Notes under the pieces: generated by a model
Databases searched by the model: none
What the model saw: only the letters and a program-made list of their open reading frames with translations
What the model was told of the DNA's origin: nothing
Program-made: the position numbers and the translations under genes
Source of the DNA: Alphaproteobacteria bacterium
Lineage (GTDB): Bacteria; Pseudomonadota; Alphaproteobacteria; SHVZ01
Direction: 5' to 3'
Assembly: GCA_016869375.1 (NCBI GenBank)
Contig: VGEH01000001.1
Coordinates: forward strand, 18,669-82,668
DNA length: 64,000 nt
Shown here: piece by piece, positions 55,254 to 64,000 of the stretch
How positions within the stretch are numbered: position 1 is the first letter of the stretch
How the letters are laid out: each line of letters begins with the position of its first letter

Positions 55254-56831
55254 ATGTCCGACAGCAAGATTCTCGACCCGATCCTTCAGCACGCCTTCGA
55301 ACGCCGCGGCCTGCTGCAGATGCTGCTCGCCGGCGGCGCCATGGCCGTCAGCCCGCTCGCCTTCGCGCAAGGCACGCCGAAGAGGGGCGGCACGCTCACC
55401 ATCGGCGCCGATGCCGACCCGATCGGCTTCGACCCCGTCACCCTGACCGCCTTCTCGTCATACGACTTCACCGCGCTGCTCTACACCGGCCTGCTGCGCT
55501 GGAGCGCCGACATGAAGCCGGAGCCGGACCTGGCGACGCGCTTCGAGCAGCCGAACGACACCACCTACATCTTCCATCTGCGCCAGGGCGTGAAGTTCCA
55601 TAACGGCCAGCCCTTCTCGGCCGAGGATGTGAAGTGGACCTTCGAGCGCATCCAGAACCCGGCCAACGCCAGCCCGAACCTGACCATCTACTCGGTGATC
55701 AAGGCGGTCACCGTGGTCGACCCGTACACGGTGAAGTTCGAGCTGAACGCGCCGAGCGCGGCGTTCCTGGCGTTCCTCTCGACCAACCCGGTCGGCGTGA
55801 TCGTGCCGAAGGGCGTGTCCGACCTCGCCACCAAGCCCGTCGGCACCGGCCCGTTCAGCTTCGTCTCCTACGAGCCGAACCAGCAATGCACGCTGAAGGC
55901 CTTCGCCGACTACTACGAGAAGCCGCAGCCCTATCTCGACACGGTCGTCTTCCGCTTCTTCAAGGACCAGGCCTCGATCACCTCGGCGCTGCGCTCGAAG
56001 GCGATCGACATGACCTGGTTCAAGGATCCGAAGGTTTCGGCGCAGATCGTGCGCACCGCGCCCGACCTCGTGAACGCGCCCGGCAAGACCACCCGCACCT
56101 TCCCGGTGTGGATGAACCTCAAGGACAAGCCGCTCAACGACGTGCGCGTCCGCCGCGCCATCAGCCTCGCGACCGACCGGAAGGCGGCGCTGGAGACCGT
56201 GCTCGGCGGCTCCGGCAAGGTCGCGGCGATGGTTCCGGAGAGCCATGTCGGCGGCTATGACGGCGTCGGCGAGATGCCCTACTACAAGACCGACATCGCC
56301 GCGGCGAAGAAGCTGCTGGCCGATGCGGGCTATCCGAACGGCATCGACCTCGGCGACTACATCGTCGTCGCCGCCAACCCGCTCGACGTCAGCTGCGCGC
56401 AGATCCTTCAGCAGCAATGGGCGGCGGCCGGCATCAAGGTCGCGATCAAGCCGATGGAGACGGCGCCGCTGATCTCGATGTGGCTCAAGGGCGAGTTCCC
56501 GACGCTGCTCTCGGTCGCGCTCTCCTGGAGCCCGGATCCGGACTCGATCCTCTCGCGCATCCTCTCGACCAACCCCTCGGGCAAGGCGCTCGGCATGACC
56601 GACACCGAGCTCGACAAGATGATCGTCGACGCACGCACGATCCTCGACGTGAAGAAGCGGGCCGAGGCCTATCTCGCGATCCAGAAGCGGATCTGCGACA
56701 ACGTCTACGTCCTGGACATCTACCAGTACCCGCTGCGCTGGGAAGCCTGGTGGGGCTATGTGAAGGGCTATGTGGCGCTGGCGGCGAACATCCGCACCTA
56801 CGTCCGCACCACCTGGCTCGACAAGGCCTAG
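55254..56831 (+). CDS. ABC transporter substrate-binding protein, family 5, Tat-type signal
   Basis: RRGLLQMLLAGGAMAVSPLAFAQG twin-arginine signal. SBP_bac_5 architecture. Confidence 0.85.
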   Translation: MSDSKILDPILQHAFERRGLLQMLLAGGAMAVSPLAFAQGTPKRGGTLTIGADADPIGFDPVTLTAFSSYDFTALLYTGLLRWSADMKPEPDLATRFEQPNDTTYIFHLRQGVKFHNGQPFSAEDVKWTFERIQNPANASPNLTIYSVIKAVTVVDPYTVKFELNAPSAAFLAFLSTNPVGVIVPKGVSDLATKPVGTGPFSFVSYEPNQQCTLKAFADYYEKPQPYLDTVVFRFFKDQASITSALRSKAIDMTWFKDPKVSAQIVRTAPDLVNAPGKTTRTFPVWMNLKDKPLNDVRVRRAISLATDRKAALETVLGGSGKVAAMVPESHVGGYDGVGEMPYYKTDIAAAKKLLADAGYPNGIDLGDYIVVAANPLDVSCAQILQQQWAAAGIKVAIKPMETAPLISMWLKGEFPTLLSVALSWSPDPDSILSRILSTNPSGKALGMTDTELDKMIVDARTILDVKKRAEAYLAIQKRICDNVYVLDIYQYPLRWEAWWGYVKGYVALAANIRTYVRTTWLDKA

Positions 56832-56869
56832 CAGGGCGCCGGCGTTAACCGAGAAGACGGCGTCGTATA

Positions 56870-57001
56870 CCCTCTCCCGCCGAAGGCGGGGGAGGGTTAG
56901 GGAGGGGGCGAGCGTAGCGGGGTGGGAAGGTGCAGGTCGCGCGATCCCTCCTCGCTTCGCTCGCCCCCTCCCCACCCTCCCCCGCCTTCGGCGGGAGAGG
57001 G
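56870..57001. repeat. REP-like nested palindromic intergenic element, copy 2
   Basis: ccctctcccgccgaaggcgggggagggttagggagggggcgagcg ... gctcgccccctccccaccctcccccgccttcggcgggagaggg. The right arm is the exact reverse complement of the left arm. Same family as 39384..39520. Confidence 0.6.
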
Positions 57002-57062
57002 AGCACAAGAGGATATCAACTGCTTCCTTGCATATATTTCTTGAGCAAAGGCCGATGAGCCG

Positions 57063-58007
57063 ATGATACGCATGGTGCTCGTCCGCCTCGCGCTGACGAT
57101 CCCGATCCTGCTGGGCGTTTCGATCGTCGCCTTCGGGCTGATGCGGATGCTGCCAGGCGACTTCGCCGAGGCCGCGGCCGGCACCACCTCGGTCTCGGCC
57201 GAGGTCCTGGCGACGACGCGCGCCCAGCTCGGCCTCGACCGGCCGCTCTGGGAGCAGTACGGGATCTGGCTTAAGGGTGTGCTCACCGGCGATCTCGGCC
57301 GCTCCTTCGCCACCAAGCGGCCGGTGACGACCGAGCTGCTGCCGAGGCTCGCCGTCACCGCCGAGCTGACGCTGATGGCCGGCCTCATCGCCATGATCAT
57401 CGGCGTCGCCACGGGCCTCGCCTCGGCGCGGCTGCGCGGCCGCACCGACTGGCTGGTGCGCGGCTGGAACAGCCTCTTGCTGGCGGTGCCGAACTTCGTC
57501 GTCGCCACGCTGATCGTGCTGGTCTTCGGGCTCTACTTCCCGATGATCGGAATCTTCAACTACGTGCCCTTCGCCAAGGACCCGATAGGCAACATCGCGA
57601 GCCTGCTGCTGCCGGCGCTCTCGCTCGGCCTCACCGTCTCGGTCACGATCTCCGAGAACACGCGCGCCGCCGTGCTCGAGGTCTCCAGCCAGGACTACGT
57701 GATGGTCGCCCGCGCCAAGGGCCTGCTCGCCCGCACCATCCTCGGCAACTACCTCGTGCGCAACGCGCTGACGCCGGTGATCACGGTGACCGGCCTGCAG
57801 CTCGCCGCCCTCCTCGGCGGCTCCATCCTGATCGAGACCATCTTCACCATTCCGGGCATGGGCCAGTATCTCTTCGACTCCGTCACGCGGCGCGACTATC
57901 CGGTCATCCAGGCGATCGTGCTGGTCTCTTCGACCATCGTGCTGCTGACCAACGTCCTGGTCGACATCGCCTATGCGCGGGTCGATGCGCGGGTGTCCTA
58001 TGAGTGA
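57063..58007 (+). CDS. ABC transporter permease (DppB-like)
   Basis: 314 aa, 6 TM segments, motif region YVMVARAKGLLARTILGNYLVRNAL. Confidence 0.85.
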   Translation: MIRMVLVRLALTIPILLGVSIVAFGLMRMLPGDFAEAAAGTTSVSAEVLATTRAQLGLDRPLWEQYGIWLKGVLTGDLGRSFATKRPVTTELLPRLAVTAELTLMAGLIAMIIGVATGLASARLRGRTDWLVRGWNSLLLAVPNFVVATLIVLVFGLYFPMIGIFNYVPFAKDPIGNIASLLLPALSLGLTVSVTISENTRAAVLEVSSQDYVMVARAKGLLARTILGNYLVRNALTPVITVTGLQLAALLGGSILIETIFTIPGMGQYLFDSVTRRDYPVIQAIVLVSSTIVLLTNVLVDIAYARVDARVSYE

Positions 58008-58833
58008 CGCGCCCGCGCCTAAGAAGCACCATCGCGGCCAGACGATGGTCTTCATCGGGCTTGCCATGCTGGCGGTGCTGCTGCTGATCGTCGTCTTCGG
58101 CCCGTCGATCGCCCCCTACAGCCCGTCCAAGACCTCGCCCAACTCGCTCGACGGACCGACCGCCATGCACTGGCTCGGCACGGACTCCATCGGACGAGAC
58201 CTGCTCAGCCGGCTGATCGTCGGCGGCCGCGGCACGCTGTTCATCACCTTCGTCGCCGTGGCGCTCGCGCTCGCCGCCGGCCTCGTTCTCGGCCTCACCT
58301 CCGGCTACATGGGCGGCAAGGTCGATCTCATCGTCATGCGTATTCTCGACGTGATCTTCGCCTTCCCGGTCTTCCTGCTGGCGATCGCCGTGGTTGCGGC
58401 GCTAGGACCGACGGTGAGAAACCTCATCCTCACTATCGCCATCGTCTACACGCCGGCGATGGCGCGCGTGGTGCGAGGTCCCGTGCTCAGCGTCAAGCGC
58501 TGGGACCACGTGGAAGCCGCGCGCAGCGTCGGCGTCGGCGAATTCGCCATCGCCATCCGCCACGTGCTGCCGATGGTGATCTCGCCGATCCTGGTGCAGA
58601 CCAGCCTGATCCTCGCCAACACCATCTTCACCGTGACCGCGCTCTCCTTCCTGGGCCTTGGGCCCCCGCCGCCGGATCCCAACTGGGGCAGCATGCTGGC
58701 CGAGGCGCGGCAGTTCATGGAGCTGGCGCCGCTGACCGTGATCGGCCCCGCCGTCGCCATCATCTTCGCCTCGCTGACCTTCATCGTGCTCGCCAACGGC
58801 CTCCGCGAGCTCCTCGACGTGGGGAGCCGCTGA
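58000..58833 (+). CDS. ABC transporter permease (DppC-like)
   Basis: ATG 58000 (MSDAPAPKKHHRG..) overlaps the upstream stop by 8 nt. OppC_N-like region followed by a TM bundle. Confidence 0.8.
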   Translation: MSDAPAPKKHHRGQTMVFIGLAMLAVLLLIVVFGPSIAPYSPSKTSPNSLDGPTAMHWLGTDSIGRDLLSRLIVGGRGTLFITFVAVALALAAGLVLGLTSGYMGGKVDLIVMRILDVIFAFPVFLLAIAVVAALGPTVRNLILTIAIVYTPAMARVVRGPVLSVKRWDHVEAARSVGVGEFAIAIRHVLPMVISPILVQTSLILANTIFTVTALSFLGLGPPPPDPNWGSMLAEARQFMELAPLTVIGPAVAIIFASLTFIVLANGLRELLDVGSR

Positions 58834-59630
58834 TGCTCGAGGTCCGCGACCTCACCGCCGAGTTCATCCGCGAAGGCGAGGTCCTGCGCGTGGTTCAGCG
58901 CATCGGCTTCGACATCGCCGCGGGCGAGGCGGTGGGCTTCGTCGGCGAGTCGGGATCGGGCAAGAGCGTCACCGCGCGCGCGGTCATGCGCCTCGCCCCG
59001 GAAGGCTCCTCGATCCGCTGGGGCGGGCGCATCCTGTTCAAGGGCCAGGATCTGCTGGCCCTCTCCGAGCGCGAGATGACCGATGTCCGCGGCCGGCGCA
59101 TCGCCATGGTCTTCCAGGACCCGATGGCCTCGCTCAACCCGGTGATGACCGTGGGCCAGCAGATCGACGACATGCTGATGCGCCATATGAGCCTCTCCGG
59201 TGCGCAGGCGCGCAAGCGCACGGTCGAGCTGCTCGGCCTCGTCGGCATCCGCGATCCCGAGCACCGCGCCGACGACTATCCGCACCAGTTCTCCGGCGGC
59301 ATGCGCCAGCGCGTCCTGATCGCCATCGCCGTCTCCTGCGAGCCCGACCTGCTGATCGCCGACGAGCCGACCACGGCGCTCGACGTCACCGTGCAGGCGC
59401 AGATCCTCCGCCTCCTGATGCGCCTCAGGCGCGAGCTCGGCATGGCGCTGATGCTGATCACCCATGATTTCGGCGTCATCGCCGGCATGGTCGAGCGCGT
59501 CTATGTGATGAACAACGGCGAGATCGTCGAGTCCGGCGCCATCGACACGCTGTTCGCCGCACCGAAGCATCCCTACACCCAGGCGCTGCTCGCCGCCGTG
59601 CCGCGCATCGGGACGAGGCGCTCGGCATGA
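58833..59630 (+). CDS. oligopeptide/dipeptide ABC transporter ATP-binding protein
   Basis: [25 protein letters not shown] and [11 protein letters not shown]. Confidence 0.85.
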   Translation: MLEVRDLTAEFIREGEVLRVVQRIGFDIAAGEAVGFVGESGSGKSVTARAVMRLAPEGSSIRWGGRILFKGQDLLALSEREMTDVRGRRIAMVFQDPMASLNPVMTVGQQIDDMLMRHMSLSGAQARKRTVELLGLVGIRDPEHRADDYPHQFSGGMRQRVLIAIAVSCEPDLLIADEPTTALDVTVQAQILRLLMRLRRELGMALMLITHDFGVIAGMVERVYVMNNGEIVESGAIDTLFAAPKHPYTQALLAAVPRIGTRRSA

Positions 59631-60595
59631 CCGCGCCCCTGCTCCAGGTCCGCGACCTCTCGGTCGTCTTCCCGCCGCGCCGCGGCCGGCCGCCGGTGCG
59701 CGCGGTCGACCGCGTCTCCTTCGATATCGAGCCCGGCCGCACGGTCGGCCTCGTTGGCGAGTCCGGATCGGGCAAAACCACCACCGGCCGCGCCATCCTG
59801 CAGCTGCAGCCGATCACCGGCGGCTCGGTCAGCCTGCTCGGCCGCGAGCTCACCACCATGTCGCGCGCCGATGTGCGGGCCATGCGCCGGCACATGCAGT
59901 TCGTGCTGCAGAACCCCTATTCGAGCCTGCATCCGCGCATGCGCGTGGCCGACATCCTGGCCGAGCCGCTGAAGGTGCATCGCTCCGTGGCGAAGGCCGA
60001 GATCCCCGACCGCGTCGCCGAGCTGATGCGGCTGGTCAACATGGATCCGGCGGTGGTGAAGCGCTATCCGCATGAATTCTCCGGCGGCCAGCGCCAGCGC
60101 ATCGTCATCGCCCGCGCGCTCGCGGTGAACCCGGATTTCGTCGTCTGCGACGAGCCGGTCTCCGCCCTCGACGTGCGAACGCAGAAGCAGATCGTCGACC
60201 TGCTGCACGATCTGCAGACCAAGCTGAAGCTCTCATACCTGTTCATCGCGCATGACCTCGCCATCGTGCGCGCGGTGGCACACCGCGTCGCGGTCATGTA
60301 TGGCGGGCGCATCGTCGAGCTCGGCGACGCCGACGATGTCTACGAGAACCCGGTCCATCCCTATACGAAGAACCTGCTGGAAGCGGTGCCGATCCCCGAC
60401 CCCGCCCGCCAGCGCGCCAAGCTCGCCGCGGCGACGCCCGATCCCAACTTCCGCGGCCGCGACGGCGAGACGGGCAAATGCGTCTTCGGCCACGATCATT
60501 CGGCCGACCACTCGCCCGAATGGCACGAGGTCGGCCCCAACCACGCCGTCTCCTGCAAATTCTGGCCGCCGGGCGTGACGCCCCTCAGAAGCTGA
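59627..60595 (+). CDS. oligopeptide/dipeptide ABC transporter ATP-binding protein (with C-terminal extension)
   Basis: GESGSGKTTT, FSGGQRQRIVIARAL and VCDEPVSALD. Confidence 0.85.
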   Translation: MTAPLLQVRDLSVVFPPRRGRPPVRAVDRVSFDIEPGRTVGLVGESGSGKTTTGRAILQLQPITGGSVSLLGRELTTMSRADVRAMRRHMQFVLQNPYSSLHPRMRVADILAEPLKVHRSVAKAEIPDRVAELMRLVNMDPAVVKRYPHEFSGGQRQRIVIARALAVNPDFVVCDEPVSALDVRTQKQIVDLLHDLQTKLKLSYLFIAHDLAIVRAVAHRVAVMYGGRIVELGDADDVYENPVHPYTKNLLEAVPIPDPARQRAKLAAATPDPNFRGRDGETGKCVFGHDHSADHSPEWHEVGPNHAVSCKFWPPGVTPLRS

Positions 60596-61580
60596 CGATC
60601 ACCACGGTGCGATCGTCCGCGCGGATGCGGCCGATCGTGCCCTTGACCGAGGGGTAGCGGTCGACCTTCTCCGGGTCGACACGCTCGACTTCGGCGAAAG
60701 CCTCTTCCCACGCCGCCACGCTCGGCGTCGCGCCGGGCGCGAAATAGCCGTCGGTGAAAAGCTCGACGCTGCGGATCTCGGCGCGCGGGCGGTCGATCAC
60801 GCGCACCAGCGACATCGGCACCTCGAAGCCGTCGAGCACGGCGTAGCTGAGCGGGCTCACCGTGTTGTTCTGGAACTGCGTCTGGCCCTTGAGGATGCCG
60901 CCGTCGAGCAGTAGGCGGAGGTCGCGCTCCGGCACATTCGGGAAGCGGGCACGGCAGCGCCCCAGGCAGCGCTCGCGGAGCGCGGCGAGGCCCGCCGCAT
61001 CCAGCCAGGGCGCCATGTCCGGCTGGAGCTCGGCCGCGCCGCCGAAGGCGCAGGCCTTGCCGAGCTTCGCCTGATCCTCGGCATTGCCGCCGGCAGCCGC
61101 GACGACGCGATAGGCCTCCTGGCGCAGGCTCGATGTGACGAGGTCGAGCCCGGTGTCGTTGATCAGGATCTCGCTGCCGTTGATGCGGAGGCCGCTGTCG
61201 CCGACCAGGATGAAGCGCAGCATCGGCCCCTGCTCGACCGCGAGCGCCAGGGTCGCGCCGAAGCGGCGCGTCGCGTCGGTGCGGGCGATGTCGAGGATGC
61301 CATGCGCCTGATAGGCGGCGCGGATCGCCGCCGAGACATGCGTAACCAGACGTTCAGGATCGGCCGACTTCTCAACCGGATCGATCAGGAAGCGGGCGAC
61401 CGCGGCCTGCACCGTGCGGCTGGCCATTTTCCCCGCGAGCATGCCGTCATAGCGGTGCCCCGTGCGGTCGGTGACGCCGTCGATGACGGCGAGGCCGCGT
61501 CCCGGCAGCACCAGGAACCGGTCCTCGTTCGCCTCCGGCTCGTCGAGGTTCTTTCCCTCGCTGAACGCCTCGACACGCAT
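60585..61580 (-). CDS. PP2C-like (PPM-type) phosphatase domain protein
   Basis: 331 aa. N-terminal NEDRFLVLPGRGLAVIDGVTD resembles the PP2C metal-binding motif. Convergent 11-nt overlap with the ATPase gene 3' end. Confidence 0.55.
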   Translation of the reverse strand: MRVEAFSEGKNLDEPEANEDRFLVLPGRGLAVIDGVTDRTGHRYDGMLAGKMASRTVQAAVARFLIDPVEKSADPERLVTHVSAAIRAAYQAHGILDIARTDATRRFGATLALAVEQGPMLRFILVGDSGLRINGSEILINDTGLDLVTSSLRQEAYRVVAAAGGNAEDQAKLGKACAFGGAAELQPDMAPWLDAAGLAALRERCLGRCRARFPNVPERDLRLLLDGGILKGQTQFQNNTVSPLSYAVLDGFEVPMSLVRVIDRPRAEIRSVELFTDGYFAPGATPSVAAWEEAFAEVERVDPEKVDRYPSVKGTIGRIRADDRTVVIVSF

Positions 61581-61690
61581 TCGTCTTCCTTGGCGCTGTA
61601 CACATGGATGCCGGCTTCGGCGATTGCGGGCCGCAGCCGATTGTTACAGTATCATGACACGCAATCGAGGCATCTCTGGGAGAAACGACT

Positions 61691-62674
61691 ATGGGCAAGA
61701 CACGGGTTCCGGTCCTGGCGCTGGCGGCGACGCTCGCCTTCGCCGCATCGGCCGAGGCGCAGCAGCGCGTCAGCGTCTACACGGCGCACACCGCCAATAT
61801 CGTCGAGCGGCTCCTGCCGGAGTTCGAGAAGGCCACGGGCATGAAAGCCGATGTGGTCAAGGCGGGCTCGGGCGACATCATCAACCGCGTGCGCGCCGAG
61901 CGCGCCAACCCGAAGGCCGACGTGATCTGGTCGATCGGCGCCGAGCTGCTCGAGGCCAACAACGAGCTGCTCGAAGCCTACCAGCCGAAGGAGTTCGACA
62001 AGATCGCGGACGCCTTCAAGGGTACCGGCACCTGGCTGCCCTATACCGGCATCGTCAACGTCTTCATGGTCAACACCAAGAAGCTGAAGCCGGAGGAGTA
62101 TCCGAAGACCTGGCTCGACCTCGCCAAGCCGCAATACAAGAACCAGATCTCGATGGCGGCGGCCGACAAGTCCGGCTCCTCCTACATGCAGCTCAACACC
62201 TTCCTCACCATCTACGGCGACGCCAATGACGGCTGGGGCAAGTTCAAGTCGGTGTTCGGCAACCTCGCCCTCTCGAACAGCTCCGGCGCGGTGCCGCGCT
62301 TCGTCAATGACGGCGAGGCCGCGATCGGGCTTACGCTCGAGGACAACGCCTATCTGTTCGTGAAGGGCGGCGGCCCGGTCGCCATCGTCTATCCGGAAGA
62401 CGGCACCTCGGCGATCGCCGACGGCATGGCGCTGGTCAAGGGCGCGCCGAACGCCGCCGGCGGCAAGGCCTTCATCGACTGGGCGCTGTCGACACCGACC
62501 CAGGACCTCGTCGTCCAGGAGCTCGGCCGCCGGCCGATCCGCAAGGACGCGAAGCCGGTGGGCAACCTCAAGTCGCTCGATCAGGTCAAGCTGATCAAGT
62601 ACGACATCAAGAAGGCGGCGGATAAGCGCCAGGAATACATGGACAAGTGGAACGACCTGGTGGCGGCGCGCTGA
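61691..62674 (+). CDS. ABC transporter substrate-binding protein (iron(III)/spermidine-type SBP_bac_1/8 fold)
   Basis: 327 aa with a signal peptide (MGKTRVPVLALAATLAFAASAEAQ). Resembles FbpA/thiamine-type periplasmic binding proteins. Confidence 0.8.
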   Translation: MGKTRVPVLALAATLAFAASAEAQQRVSVYTAHTANIVERLLPEFEKATGMKADVVKAGSGDIINRVRAERANPKADVIWSIGAELLEANNELLEAYQPKEFDKIADAFKGTGTWLPYTGIVNVFMVNTKKLKPEEYPKTWLDLAKPQYKNQISMAAADKSGSSYMQLNTFLTIYGDANDGWGKFKSVFGNLALSNSSGAVPRFVNDGEAAIGLTLEDNAYLFVKGGGPVAIVYPEDGTSAIADGMALVKGAPNAAGGKAFIDWALSTPTQDLVVQELGRRPIRKDAKPVGNLKSLDQVKLIKYDIKKAADKRQEYMDKWNDLVAAR

Positions 62675-62748
62675 GCCTCAGGGTCATATCGGCCGAGGCC
62701 GGCAGCGTGTAAAAGCGCTGCCGGTTTCGTTTCAGGGGGGAGGCGGAC

Positions 62749-63816
62749 TTGGCCCGGGTCGATCTCAGGCACATCGAGAAGGGCTATCCGGGCCTGAAGG
62801 CGCTCGACGACGTCGATCTCGTCATCGAGTCCGGCGAGTTCTTCACGCTCCTCGGGCCCTCCGGCTGCGGCAAGACCACGCTGCTGCGCACCATCGCGGG
62901 ATTCATCCAGCATGATTCCGGCGAGGTGCTGGTCGCTGGCGAGCGCATCGACCAGATGCCCGCGCACAAGCGCAACATGGGCATGGTCTATCAGGACTAC
63001 GCGATCTTTCCCCACCTCTCCGTCGCCGACAACGTCGCCTTCGGCCTGAAGACGCGCGGACGCCCGAAGCCCGAGATCGCCGAGCGCGTGCAGCGCGCGC
63101 TCGAGCTCGTCCAGCTCGGCAATCACGGCAAGCGCCTGCCGCACGAGCTTTCCGGCGGCCAGCAGCAGCGCGTGGCGCTGGCCCGCGCCATGGTGATCAG
63201 CCCGCAGATCCTGCTGATGGACGAGCCGCTCTCCAACCTCGATGCCAAGCTCCGCGTCGAGCTGCGCGAGGACATCCGCGACCTGCAGCGCTCGCTCGCC
63301 ATCACCACCATCTATGTCACCCACGACCAGGAAGAGGCGCTGGCGATCTCCGACCGCATCTGCGTGATGCAGTCGGGTCGCGTGCACCAGGTCGCGAGCC
63401 CGCAGAAGATCTACGCCGAGCCGGCGACGCTGTTCGTCGCCTCCTTCATCGGCGCGATGAACATCATGCCGGTGGGATCGCAGGAAGGCGCCCTCGCCGC
63501 CGCCGATCTCCCCGAGCGCCTGCGCGCCCGCGGGCCGATGACGCTCGCCATCCGGCCGGAGGACGTCATCGTCGGCCAGAGCACCAATGGCAACGCGCTC
63601 GCGGTCGAGGGCGCGGTGGAGAAGGTCACCTTCGCCGGCCGCGAGGCCTATGCGCATGTCCGCTGCGCCAACGGGCTCCATCTCCAGGCCCATCTCTACC
63701 GCCCGAGCGCCGGCCAGCTCGCGCTGGTCGGCGAGAGCGTGCGGCTTCGCCTGCCGCTCGATCGCCTCCATGCCTTCGACGCCGCCGACGGCAAGCGCGT
63801 CGAGCTGCCCGCATGA
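62749..63816 (+). CDS. ABC transporter ATP-binding protein (FbpC/PotA-like, with TOBE-type C-terminal domain)
   Basis: TTG start after gggggagg. [24 protein letters not shown] and LLMDEPLSNLD. Confidence 0.85.
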   Translation: MARVDLRHIEKGYPGLKALDDVDLVIESGEFFTLLGPSGCGKTTLLRTIAGFIQHDSGEVLVAGERIDQMPAHKRNMGMVYQDYAIFPHLSVADNVAFGLKTRGRPKPEIAERVQRALELVQLGNHGKRLPHELSGGQQQRVALARAMVISPQILLMDEPLSNLDAKLRVELREDIRDLQRSLAITTIYVTHDQEEALAISDRICVMQSGRVHQVASPQKIYAEPATLFVASFIGAMNIMPVGSQEGALAAADLPERLRARGPMTLAIRPEDVIVGQSTNGNALAVEGAVEKVTFAGREAYAHVRCANGLHLQAHLYRPSAGQLALVGESVRLRLPLDRLHAFDAADGKRVELPA

Positions 63817-64000
63817 ATTCCGTGCGCCGCGTCGATGTCTGGACCTGGGCGATGGTGCTGGGCTTCGCCGTCATCGCCGTGCTGCTGGTCTGGCCGTTGT
63901 GGAGCATCGTCGCCGCCAGCTTCATCGACAACCGCACCGGCGTCTTCACGCTCAACAACTACGTCAGCGTGATGACCCGGCCGCTCTACCAGACGGCGCT
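63813..64000 (+). CDS. ABC transporter permease (FbpB-like), N-terminal fragment truncated by window end
   Basis: ATG overlaps the ATPase stop (ATGA). MNSVRRVDVWTWAMVLGFAVIAVLLVWPLWSIVAASF.. Confidence 0.55.
   Translation, partial: MNSVRRVDVWTWAMVLGFAVIAVLLVWPLWSIVAASFIDNRTGVFTLNNYVSVMTRPLYQTA

Overview
This window is a high-GC (~65-70%) chromosomal segment that looks alphaproteobacterial (Rhizobiales-like). The evidence is conserved housekeeping synteny: DUF2066<->purM-purN, ndk, pepA-holC, lptF-lptG-lptD-surA-pdxA-rsmA, yicC-gmk, hisI/metC, pyrE and upp. I found no rRNA, tRNA or CRISPR; the window is almost all protein-coding, with short gaps and frequent start/stop overlaps. About half of it is core metabolism and envelope biogenesis (purine, LPS transport, PLP, 16S rRNA methylation). 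The other half is accessory: three peptide/oligopeptide-type ABC importers, an iron-type ABC importer, an M81 peptidase, an MFS transporter, ribokinase, a sulfatase and cbtBA cobalt uptake. Features worth a second look, roughly in order of interest: (1) a ~1.8-kb low-GC islet (34960..36790) encoding a WHH-type HNH-fold nuclease protein with an ATGA-coupled small immunity-like gene, sitting where the two ATPase genes of an ABC importer would be expected; (2) a yeast-URC-like pyrimidine module (URC1-like GTP cyclohydrolase II paralogue, DUF1688/URC4-like protein, upp) embedded in an ABC importer operon with two paralogous binding proteins, followed by ribokinase and an MFS gene; (3) a peroxiredoxin whose peroxidatic-Cys codon is an in-frame TGA in an intact reading frame, i.e. 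a candidate selenoprotein; (4) a ~135-bp nested-palindromic REP-like element present twice; (5) an ArnT-like glycosyltransferase plus PAP2 phosphatase pair inserted between pepA-holC and lptF in otherwise conserved synteny; (6) purM and rsmA both encode conserved N-terminal residues upstream of any canonical start codon. The many long ORFs on the opposite strand of real genes are treated as GC-driven shadow ORFs.
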